Positions 41,419-49,789 of a stretch of DNA of 64,000 nucleotides are shown here, piece after piece. Where the stretch lies: positions 267,850 to 331,849 of IMG/VR virus record IMGVR_UViG_3300037851_000141. One strand, written 5' to 3'. The stretch comes from a virus. Taxonomy: Duplodnaviria > Caudoviricetes. Position 1 is the first letter of the stretch, and every line of letters starts with the position of its first letter. Both the position numbers and the translations under genes were made by a program. Under the pieces are notes generated by a model, which saw nothing but the letters and a program-made list of their open reading frames with translations, made no database searches and was not told the origin of the DNA.

Positions 41419-41445
41419 GGTGGGTTCCTTATGCCTTGGATTATA

Positions 41446-41982
41446 TCAGCCCTGGGTGGAAGTCAACACGGAGTTTTTCTTTGCCTCAATCTCTCGGAGC
41501 CGTTCAATGCACCGATAAGTAGTATCCTCACTCATCCGCCGTTCCATGAGAGTCTCAACAGCCGCCTTCTTCCGCATCAGATCAGCATGACGATGGCTAA
41601 CCTGGGAAGCCGAACACTCACCATCGCAAGTCAGATTCTCGGGTGAAAGACCAGCATAGATATCGTTCAGAATATGAATCTCATGCTGGTACTGCTGAAT
41701 CCACCAATCATTAGGCATAGCGTTTGGATCACCCATGCCAGTTGGAACCTTACGAAGATTAGGCTTTTCATCCACGATATTCCAATCAGAGTCGATATAC
41801 TTACCATCAGCAGTCCGCATGAGAGAAGGCGGAACGTTCCACATAGTACCGACAGGACGAGAATTACGCGCCTCATCTTGACGGACTTTTGCCATAACTC
41901 GGTTGACCTTGAGGATTGTGCCTTGGGTTTGAGCGCCATTCTCGGTTCCGAAGATGACCTTGGTTCCTGGGGTGAGTCGCAT
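41446..41982 (-). CDS. conserved phage hypothetical protein (SH3-like N-terminus)
   Basis: GTILKVNRVMAKV...WNVPPSL; LSPENLTCDGE. Confidence 0.65.
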   Translation of the reverse strand: MRLTPGTKVIFGTENGAQTQGTILKVNRVMAKVRQDEARNSRPVGTMWNVPPSLMRTADGKYIDSDWNIVDEKPNLRKVPTGMGDPNAMPNDWWIQQYQHEIHILNDIYAGLSPENLTCDGECSASQVSHRHADLMRKKAAVETLMERRMSEDTTYRCIERLREIEAKKNSVLTSTQG

Positions 41983-42755
41983 GATTGGCTCCTTGTTGGG
42001 TTGGATTATACGAGGTTTTTTGGAGTGTCAACAGGCAAGATACACAGATCAGATCCAAACAATCTCATAGCATCTTCTTTATGTATTCTATTCAACTTTG
42101 TAGCACAGTAAATACAATAATACTTTTGAGTACTTTGATTATATGCTACTGCTTTACCTTTACATTCAGTCCGATTACATTCACCATTGAGTTCGCCTTT
42201 TGTGTTGCTCATGTTCTTATTATATCCTTTATTTGAGAGTGTCAAGTGCGGCAATTAGGACACTTATAGTTTTTAATATATTCCTTGATATCAATCAGAA
42301 ACTTTTTCAACCAGATTCTAAACCCCAAGAAATAGAAATACACGTAAGCATTTATCCCGTAGCTGAAAAACAAGATTATAAACAACCAGGGATGCGTATA
42401 AGAACAGTAGAGAATTGATAGGGTGAAAAAGCATAAGGTTAGTCCCTTCTTGTTCAGTACCCGATACCACACCGTCATCCAGCTTAAGAACCAGACGACA
42501 CAGAGGTTCAGATAGGGGTTTAACATGGCTTGATTGTATCTTGGGATTAGGTGATGTCAACCCCAATCAGCCTTATCATATTGCGGAAGCCCCATAACAA
42601 CAGCACGGGCAGCATCAAAAGAAACATTTTCAGGACGAAGACGCATCCGATCAAGCAGAATCTTGTTTCGAATGCTGATAAGAGTTTCGTTGCTCACGAT
42701 GAAGGCTGACATGTTTGGCTCCTTATGCTGGGATTATATGAGGAGTTTTAGACTG

Positions 42756-43250
42756 TCAATGTAAAGATTCTTGAAAGGCTGCCAGATCACCAGTAGGTAT
42801 TTCTCGCCACTTCCGATTAGTAAGATTCTTGAAATACCACTTATTATCGATAAAGCAGTAAGCCCAGTCTTGCTCAAGCGGAAACATTTTAGACACAACT
42901 GGCTTATTATCCTCACGATTATCACCACGATCCCGAATATAAGCAACTACAGTATTCCGATCAGGGGTATCAAACGTGTGCTTTTCAACCGGAACAGTAA
43001 TCCACCGCCCCTTATTAGTTTCCACATTGAACACATGCTTTTCTTGACGAGGATTCTTTGGAGGCCGAACATTCTTTTTGAGACTTGAGATTGCCCCAAG
43101 ATTGACCAGCATCTTAACTTTGGCAAGAGTCTTATAATGGTCCCGAAGAATCTTACCATTATGCGAAATATAACCATCCCAATGAGCGTAGATATAATGG
43201 AAGAGTCCGGTATTGGGATCCTGATAGCCGATGTTGGAACGGGTGGACAT
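42756..43250 (-). CDS. conserved phage hypothetical protein
   Basis: MSTRSNIG...IYAHWDGY...HY pattern. Confidence 0.7.
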   Translation of the reverse strand: MSTRSNIGYQDPNTGLFHYIYAHWDGYISHNGKILRDHYKTLAKVKMLVNLGAISSLKKNVRPPKNPRQEKHVFNVETNKGRWITVPVEKHTFDTPDRNTVVAYIRDRGDNREDNKPVVSKMFPLEQDWAYCFIDNKWYFKNLTNRKWREIPTGDLAAFQESLH

Positions 43251-43294
43251 GATTGGCTCCTTATGCCTGGGATTATATTGGTGATTTCAGACTG

Positions 43295-44016
43295 TCAACT
43301 GGCAAAATCTTCCGGCTTTACGATGTCAAAAATCAATTCACCATCAGACCAATCCCAATTGATAGAATGACAAAGAATAAAAGGCTTGCTGAAATCAGTC
43401 TTCTTATTAATTCTCTGGAAATCCTCATCAACCCGATCCAGTTCCTCTTTTATCTCACTAACATTATGAATAGTTCCAAACTGATCTACATATTCGGTAT
43501 CATTGATTTGCTCAAGATGAAAACGAGTCTTGAGTAGCACATTACGAAGTTCAGTAGGATTGCGGATTAGGTTCTTCATGCGCCCGATTATATGAGGCTT
43601 TTTAGACTGTCAACCACCTATATTTTTCTTGCTTCTCTCTCATTTCATAGTAGGTAAACTTGTGATATATAGAAAGAAATGAAACAGTTTAGCTATTCTT
43701 ATTTTGATTTGTTTATGGAATTATGATAAAAACAAATAACCCTCACCAAACTAATGATGAGGGTTATAGGGATTAGGGATTTGATTTAGACTGGTTTCTT
43801 ATCAACCCAAAGGACTTTCCAGCAGTTATTACCGGCCTTCTTTACATTGAGTTGGTGACAGAACCCTTTATCCATGAGGTCTTTACGCCAGGACTTAAGG
43901 GTTTTCCAATCATAGAAGGTGTATTCAGTTTTAGTGATTTTCATACCATCTTTAGTGAAGGTATCAATCACTTCTGCTTCCCACTTCGGATTTTCAGAGT
44001 TATCGATTGAGGTCAT
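43295..44016 (-). other. two hypothetical CDSs (43295-43579, 43786-44016)
   Basis: ORF track. Confidence 0.55.
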
Positions 44017-44028
44017 GTTGTATTCCTT

Positions 44029-44385
44029 TTATTGGATTTGAATGGTATGAATCATGGAGTCTGCGAGTTGGAATTTATGTTCAGATTGGAGTTGAGCAAA
44101 GAGAATGGGTCGCATACTAAACACCCGTTCTCTGGCTTTTTCAATAGTGGAGAACACAGCAGGAACTAGATCCATAACGATATAGACAGTAGTAAGTTGA
44201 GATTCAGCCTTTTTAAGTTGAGGATTTCGGAGTTCACAAAAATCATTCCAACTACGTATTGCCCAATCAGTATCATGACAGGTGTATGCGGAAGCTAAAC
44301 ATTTTGGGCAATGTACATAAAAACCATTTTCTATGATTATTTCAGGATCAGGGTGGCCGCAGTTATAGCAGGGACGAGCATCCAT
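44029..44385 (-). CDS. Lar-like zinc protein
   Basis: PCYNCG...HCPKC...AIRSWN; start moved to MDARP. Confidence 0.55.
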   Translation of the reverse strand: MDARPCYNCGHPDPEIIIENGFYVHCPKCLASAYTCHDTDWAIRSWNDFCELRNPQLKKAESQLTTVYIVMDLVPAVFSTIEKARERVFSMRPILFAQLQSEHKFQLADSMIHTIQIQ

Positions 44386-44425
44386 GTTGTTTCCTTTACG
44401 CCAGTGATTATACAAGAGAATGGAA

Positions 44426-44878
44426 TTAGTCAAGAAAGATTCGTTCCATCCTCTTATTTTGGGCATCAATCACATGCTCTGGAACCCGACGATCAATTGC
44501 CCTTTGACTATTGTACATTTTCGCAACACTATCTGAACAAGAAACCGACACAACCCGAACCTCATAACCATATTGCTTCGCCAGATTGATATAGAAACTG
44601 GCTTCCTTATGGGTCGTATTAGTGTTGTCCACGATGATAGCAGGTTGTCTTTGCTTCATCAGATCAGTCACCCAATCCTGATTCCACCTGTGAGCCTCAC
44701 CCAAACGCTTCTGGTCAAACTCATACTTCTCACCACCACTATTGATATACCAAAAATTGTCAGTCGAACAAATCTGACAGTTGGTTTTCAAGACAGTTTC
44801 ATAATGAGTCTTGAGTGCTTCGGCAACGAAACTCTTGCCAGACGCCGAAGAACCCTGCATGAGTACGAGAACCTTCAT
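44426..44878 (-). CDS. P-loop kinase (AAA_33 / polynucleotide 5'-kinase-like)
   Basis: GSSASGKS, STDNF, AHRWNQ, IIVDNTN. Confidence 0.8.
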   Translation of the reverse strand: MKVLVLMQGSSASGKSFVAEALKTHYETVLKTNCQICSTDNFWYINSGGEKYEFDQKRLGEAHRWNQDWVTDLMKQRQPAIIVDNTNTTHKEASFYINLAKQYGYEVRVVSVSCSDSVAKMYNSQRAIDRRVPEHVIDAQNKRMERIFLD

Positions 44879-44923
44879 ATTTGTTTCCTTATGAGTTGGA
44901 TTATATGGTCTGGTTTTAGAAAG

Positions 44924-45211
44924 TCAAATGAAAGGAATCGGATTATCTTGGACTACAGCAGACACCTTAAGGAGAGTCTTGATCGCACCCTCATTACGCA
45001 GATCAGTCATTCCATGTTGATCGGCACGCTTGGCATATTCAACTAATCCCTTGAGCAGAACCCGAACCATAGAGGCTTGAAGGGTACGATGCTCATTTAA
45101 CAAAGCAACAGCAAGCCCTTCAACAACTTCCTTTTCAGAACCCATGACATTGACCATTCTTGAGAATTGTTCAATCAGATTGCGAACTTCCTCAGTAATG
45201 TCAGGATTCAT
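44924..45211 (-). CDS. hypothetical protein
   Basis: promoter cassette; EHRTLQ motif. Confidence 0.6.
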   Translation of the reverse strand: MNPDITEEVRNLIEQFSRMVNVMGSEKEVVEGLAVALLNEHRTLQASMVRVLLKGLVEYAKRADQHGMTDLRNEGAIKTLLKVSAVVQDNPIPFI

Positions 45212-45234
45212 GTTCGTCTCCTTGTTGGGTCTGA

Positions 45235-46158
45235 TTATAGGCCGCGATTGAAGATGTCAACAAAGGTCTTCACCGAATCCGCCCAATTGTTAGACTCTCC
45301 CGTATAATCAGTCCGTCCATGACACTTGCGGAAAAGAACTGGCAAATGAGACTCGGCACCAACTTGAACGTAAAGACTGTCAGTATGAAGAGTTATCTCA
45401 CCACAGACAGCATCACCAGCAGGATTAGAACGAACATCATACTTGTCATCATCCAACTTCATCATCTTACGAGCAAACAACTTAAGGAATGTCTTTGCCT
45501 TGATATGTAGTTCCTTCTTGGCAAAATAATCTGGAGCCTTTTCCTTATATACCTTAATCGCTTCATCCACCCTGGTAGCATAAAGAGTCAGGGTATTAGC
45601 ATCAATGTCAAGTTCACCATTCTCACTAACTATAACATCATCAGCAGTAGCAGGCACATCCTTGAAAGTATAGGTCCGACCATCCTCTGTGACTGCCGCC
45701 CTAACAGTAGTAGGTTCATCAGTCTTGACAGGTTCAGTCTTTCCACTCTTATATTTGATATACTCGGGATGCTCAACTACCCAAGCAGGAGGCCGCCCCC
45801 GATTACCAAGAGTATAAGTAGCGCCCTCGGGACCAGTAAGAACAACTGGCTTGGATTCAACTACTGGAGTCGGTTCATTTTTAGCGACGTTAGTATCAGC
45901 AACTTCAGTAGACTTGGTAGAAACATAGTCAGGATGCGAAAGAACCCACTCAGGAACTCGCCCACGTTGACCAATCACATAGAGACGGTCATTAGCCTTA
46001 TCGACAATGACCTTTGAATCAGGATACTCAGACTTGGCAACTAATACCCTATACTTGAGTGATGATTCAACCCAGGCTGGAACCCGCCCACGTTGACCAG
46101 TTGTATAGGTTGCGCCATCTGGACCCTTGATTACGACACCGGCTGGAATGGTAGACAT
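45235..46158 (-). CDS. protein with three H-NS-like RGR repeats and a conserved C-terminal domain
   Basis: YTTGQRGRVPAWV, YVIGQRGRVPEWV, YTLGNRGRPPAWV; RSNPAGDAVCGEITLH. Confidence 0.7.
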   Translation of the reverse strand: MSTIPAGVVIKGPDGATYTTGQRGRVPAWVESSLKYRVLVAKSEYPDSKVIVDKANDRLYVIGQRGRVPEWVLSHPDYVSTKSTEVADTNVAKNEPTPVVESKPVVLTGPEGATYTLGNRGRPPAWVVEHPEYIKYKSGKTEPVKTDEPTTVRAAVTEDGRTYTFKDVPATADDVIVSENGELDIDANTLTLYATRVDEAIKVYKEKAPDYFAKKELHIKAKTFLKLFARKMMKLDDDKYDVRSNPAGDAVCGEITLHTDSLYVQVGAESHLPVLFRKCHGRTDYTGESNNWADSVKTFVDIFNRGL

Positions 46159-46270
46159 GATTGGACTCCTTTGTATGGCCGGATTATATGATCTGATTTA
46201 GAGAGTCAAGCACCCATTTTCCTTTTGACTTACAGTTATTTCATAGTATAGGCGAACAAGATATAAAAAT

Positions 46271-46299
46271 AAACCTAACCCCTTTTGAGGATTAGGTTT
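46271..46299 (-). terminator. intrinsic terminator closing the ncRNA island
   Basis: AAACCTAACCCC-TTTT-GAGGATTAGGTTT inverted repeat. Confidence 0.7.
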
Positions 46300-46310
46300 A
46301 TGACAGACTT

Positions 46311-46441
46311 GGAAGCAGAGGATCAGGCGAATAGTACTACCAGACACGCCTGCCGCTCGTTGCGTTGCATATAACGGGGGTTTTATTCTCAAGGAAGTTT
46401 CTTCAACATGAGAATGGTAGTTTCGTTTTTATCATGCTTCC
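46311..46441 (-). ncRNA. pseudoknotted RNA candidate, copy 1
   Basis: GGAAGCA/TGCTTCC closing stem, ATTCTCA/TGAGAAT and CAGGCG/CGCCTG hairpins, ACTACCA/TGGTAGT pseudoknot. Confidence 0.65.
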
Positions 46442-46454
46442 AAGTTGTCAATGA

Positions 46455-46600
46455 TGGTGGCCCTTGTAGGATTTGAACCTACTGCCAAGATGAATGTAGG
46501 AAGCCACTCCTTGTTTCATTCCTGGCGTCTACCTGACTTCCGCAATGGCTTTTTATCAATAGGAACTTAGTCTTGTTCCGGTTATGCGGTACTGCGGGCC
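46455..46600 (-). ncRNA. 146-nt tRNA-like RNA
   Basis: GGCCC/GGGCC-A-CCA acceptor, GTAGG-TTCAAAT-CCTAC T arm, GCG-GAAGTCAGGTAGA-CGC D-arm-like element, extra inserted domains; no canonical anticodon loop. Confidence 0.65.
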
Positions 46601-46629
46601 ATATATAGAGTTATCAAAAAACTTCAGGT

Positions 46630-46736
46630 AGTGGGCCGAGGTTTTGTCTATACCCCGGTTTCTCCTGCCAGAGCGGACAATTTGTGAAAAGATGGAGGCA
46701 GCCACCTTTTCTTTTGTCGTCCCTATAATGCCCACT
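46630..46736 (-). ncRNA. structured element with possible pseudoknot
   Basis: AGTGGGC/GCCCACT, GAAAAGGTGG/CCATCTTTTC, CCGGGGT/ACCTCGG stems; loop CTGCC complementary to GGCAG. Confidence 0.5.
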
Positions 46737-46825
46737 GTTCCTTATCAAAAAACCAGAGAAGGTTCCCCTGATTTTTTATACAACTGATGGGTATCTAATC
46801 CACCAGTTGTAAAAGAAAGGACTAG

Positions 46826-46942
46826 GGAAGCAGAGGATCAGGCGAACAGTACTACCAGACACGCCTGCCGCGAACTTTGCTTTGTATTCTCAAGGAAGTT
46901 TCTTCAACATGAGAATGGTAGTTTCGTTGTTATCTTGCTTCC
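46826..46942 (-). ncRNA. pseudoknotted RNA candidate, copy 2
   Basis: near-identical paired segments to 46311..46441 with a different linker. Confidence 0.65.
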
Positions 46943-46956
46943 TTTCGTCCTGCTGT

Positions 46957-46984
46957 ATCTTACTGGTCTTTTTTAGTTTGTCAA
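46957..46984 (-). promoter_or_regulatory. promoter of the ncRNA island
   Basis: TTGACA-N16-TAAGAT, 14 nt upstream of copy 2. Confidence 0.55.
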
Positions 46985-46992
46985 GAGCCGTT

Positions 46993-47151
46993 TCAATCGT
47001 AGTCAAGCCGCTTCTTTTTTCTACGATCCTTCCGCCGCAAGTCCTTTTTAGTAGGCTTCTTAGGAACAGAATAGCCAGGACCAGACTGCCGCTTTTGCTC
47101 AATCTCACGCTCGCGGCTGATCTTGCGGATGTCTCGGGCAATATCCTTCAT
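46993..47151 (-). CDS. 52-aa highly basic peptide (absent from the ORF track)
   Basis: promoter cassette + AAGGAA RBS + MKDIARDIRKISRERE...KKDLRRKDRRKKKRLDYD. Confidence 0.7.
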   Translation of the reverse strand: MKDIARDIRKISREREIEQKRQSGPGYSVPKKPTKKDLRRKDRRKKKRLDYD

Positions 47152-47194
47152 TTTGTTTCCTTATGCTTTGGATTATATGTCTATTTTCACAGAG

Positions 47195-47599
47195 TCAAAC
47201 GATTTTAGCCCAGCCCGCTTCCGTAGTAAAATAAAACTTGATACATCCAAACTTCTTCATCAACTCATAACAACGATTACAAGGCTTGGACAACTTAATT
47301 TCACCCTGCCTATTCAACCGTATATTGATTATCTCCCAACTCTTACGAAAATCAATAATACCTTTCAACTTGGTCAAAGCCCTAAATTCAGCATGACGAG
47401 TGGAAGGCAACGCAGTATCACGCTTACAACGATAACCAAAATAACTCGGAGGCTCACCAAAATCATTCATAGCATACCCAATAATACTATCATCCTGAAC
47501 AATAAAAGCCCAATGAAGAAACGACCCAAACGTGGTAGGATGCTTCGGCAAAGTCCTATGAGCCGTTTCCAAAGCCGAATCCAAAAGTGCTTTCTTCAT
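47195..47599 (-). CDS. zinc-dependent nucleoside/nucleotide deaminase (CDA/TadA superfamily)
   Basis: HAEFRAL and SKPCNRC (HxE...PCxxC). Confidence 0.8.
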   Translation of the reverse strand: MKKALLDSALETAHRTLPKHPTTFGSFLHWAFIVQDDSIIGYAMNDFGEPPSYFGYRCKRDTALPSTRHAEFRALTKLKGIIDFRKSWEIINIRLNRQGEIKLSKPCNRCYELMKKFGCIKFYFTTEAGWAKIV

Positions 47600-47613
47600 G
47601 GCTCACATTATAC

Positions 47614-48156
47614 CTACTTTTCCAGCGTGTCAACTTCCTTTTTCTCAATAGCTTTCTCTAACCTGTCAAGTTTCTCAAGAATAGAGTCTGTCCGTTCATT
47701 CATCTTCTTAATCGGATGCTCATACAACTTAATGTCAGGAGTCTTATTTACAAGTTCAACCTTCCTAACCGCAGACATATTAAAACCCCTATATGTTGCC
47801 TTTGGACGAGTAGTAATCTTAACAACAGTCTTCTCCCTATCCACTAAAGCATCAGTTCCAGTTAAAGTAGTCATATCATTATTGGAATCTACATAATAAA
47901 CTGCTCCACTCTCATGCTGCTCAATCGGCACGTAAATAACCTTATAGTTCTCCTGTATAGCATCATATTCGGCTGACAGATTCCCACAATGATTCATAGG
48001 AACAATAAACATCAAAGCACCTACAATAGCCAGACCTAAAAAGATTAACACAGATTTGGGAGAATCAAATGTTATCAGATTAACAATAAAACCAATACCA
48101 AATAAGAAAATAAATACTCCACCCAAAACAAAACTGATAATAGCAAGCAGTTCCAT
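47614..48156 (-). CDS. membrane protein
   Basis: two N-terminal hydrophobic helices. Confidence 0.65.
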   Translation of the reverse strand: MELLAIISFVLGGVFIFLFGIGFIVNLITFDSPKSVLIFLGLAIVGALMFIVPMNHCGNLSAEYDAIQENYKVIYVPIEQHESGAVYYVDSNNDMTTLTGTDALVDREKTVVKITTRPKATYRGFNMSAVRKVELVNKTPDIKLYEHPIKKMNERTDSILEKLDRLEKAIEKKEVDTLEK

Positions 48157-48198
48157 GATTGTACCCCTCCTTGTGGGTTGATGCGCTGATTATACTAC

Positions 48199-48570
48199 CT
48201 ATTGGAACAGAGTCAAACTATTTTTTCTAGCGTCTTCCCGTTCACAATTCATGTTCTTACTGTATATTGGCAACTTGGAAATTGAACTTACTCCATCAAT
48301 ACACTCACAATCATAGTACTTTTTTCCAATCTTCAAGAATACATGATTAGGCAAATCCTCATACTTCTTAAACATAGTATTATCTAAATCAATACAATCA
48401 ATAATAGACTTCAACTTTTTCTGAACCAATAAAGCCCATTCCTCACAATATCCACAATTTATATCCCATTCAAAATAAGGTAAAGAACGACCATCATCAA
48501 ACTTAACTGTCGATAATATCTCTTTCGTAGCCTCAACCATAGCACCACGAATGATGTCCTGCTTATTCAT
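48199..48570 (-). CDS. hypothetical protein, possible Cys-His-Asp (transglutaminase/papain-like) fold
   Basis: INCGYCEEWA...HVF...YYD. Confidence 0.5.
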   Translation of the reverse strand: MNKQDIIRGAMVEATKEILSTVKFDDGRSLPYFEWDINCGYCEEWALLVQKKLKSIIDCIDLDNTMFKKYEDLPNHVFLKIGKKYYDCECIDGVSSISKLPIYSKNMNCEREDARKNSLTLFQ

Positions 48571-48663
48571 AAAAAAGAGTATATCATTGAAAATCGGATG
48601 TCAATAGGGGGTTTTCACTTGCTTCTAAATGGGTTCATGGTAAGTAATAAAATGATAAAAACA

Positions 48664-48696
48664 AAAAGAGGCTAGGCTTTTACACCTAACCTCTTT
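48664..48696 (-). terminator. terminator after tRNA-Lys
   Basis: AAAAGAGG(C/T)TAGG...CCTAACCTCTTTT inverted repeat. Confidence 0.65.
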
Positions 48697-48700
48697 TATT

Positions 48701-49003
48701 TGGTGGGACGAGTGGGGTACGATCCCACGACCTAATGCTTCTTACAGACACCATCTTTCGATGAGCATTTCTGCTGTCTGCTTGGACTTTCTCTTAATCT
48801 TCGGCATTATCCGGTCAGATCCTCCGTGTAAAGTCTCTACACTTGCCCGATAGATATTTTACTATCTATCTGCTAGCTCGGGATTGCCATCAGCATTATC
48901 TGTTAAGGTTTCCCCGAATTAGCGGAGTTTTCAATTAGGATTTCTCCTAAAGGTTCCAATTTAGTTCAAAAGGCATTTGCTCTACCTACTGAGCTATCGT
49001 CCC
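48701..49003 (-). tRNA. trnK-UUU: tRNA-Lys(UUU) with group I intron at 36/37
   Basis: exons 49003-48968 and 48740-48701 join to a 76-nt cloverleaf: GGGACGA/TCGTCCC, GCTC/GAGC, AATGC/GCATT, CT-TTT-AA loop, encoded CCA. Confidence 0.92.
48741..48967 (-). ncRNA. group I intron (227 nt, no ORF)
   Basis: follows U36 and ends in G; P/Q/R/S-like elements AATTCGGGGAAAC, AATCCCGAGC, TAGAGACT, AGAGAAAGTCC. Confidence 0.88.
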
Positions 49004-49080
49004 ACGCTATAAAGTTGTCAATCGTCTTCGTCCTTAGTATTTTATATCATTTCCAACCGAAGTCAAGCATCTTTTTTCTA

Positions 49081-49263
49081 TCAGTCTCTCAACTTAACTT
49101 CATTATACTGGCAATAAACATCAGCACCACCACCGAGAGAAGGAATATGAACAAGGCAACCATCATCGTGAATAGAAACAACTGTACCATCAGCAGCAAT
49201 ACGACCCCAATCAGGATCATCGGCATTGACATGAACCTTAGCCCCGATTGGAATGTAGATCAT
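49081..49263 (-). CDS. hypothetical protein
   Basis: promoter cassette + AAGGAA RBS. Confidence 0.55.
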   Translation of the reverse strand: MIYIPIGAKVHVNADDPDWGRIAADGTVVSIHDDGCLVHIPSLGGGADVYCQYNEVKLRD

Positions 49264-49789
49264 GTTCTTTCCTTATGCGTCGAATTATATTGCTTGGTTC
49301 AGTTAGTCAAGAATCAGTTTTTAACAATATCAACATCCCACTCACAGGCATACTCTTGTTCAGTTTCCTCATCAACAATTCGATCAACACCGACACCATT
49401 AGCATGAGCATCCAAAATATTTTTCTTAACATCTTTCATATTGGCAAAAGTCTCAAAATCAGCATTATCAAAATATACAGTGATAGGCATGGGTTGTCTC
49501 CTTATGCGTTGGATTATATGGTCAATGAGAGGAAGTCAAGCATCAACAATATCAACATCAACGATTTCAGTGTCGATAACCTTAGCCTCATCACAAGTAA
49601 AAGTATAATCCATTTCATTTACAGCATCATGAGGATCAACGTCATCAGCAACTTCAAGAATTAGCTGAACCTGAATCTCGACCTTGACCTTGCGTGACAT
49701 GGGTTTCTCCTTGTTGGGCTTGATTATATGTCCGGTTTAAAGAAGTCAACCCACTTGACAGTCAGACTAATCCTCGTATAATCCAACCT

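Noticed and set aside
46311-46441. Theta/HDV-like ribozyme after a tRNA 3' end, or SRP RNA (GGAAGCAG)
   Set aside because: The 5' strand pairs with the extreme 3' end, which is not HDV topology; the SRP motifs are on the wrong strand and in the wrong order
46890-47141. 83-aa minus-strand ORF MPETSARS...
   Set aside because: TTG start out of frame with the promoter/RBS; the real gene is 46993-47151 and the rest is the ncRNA promoter and structure
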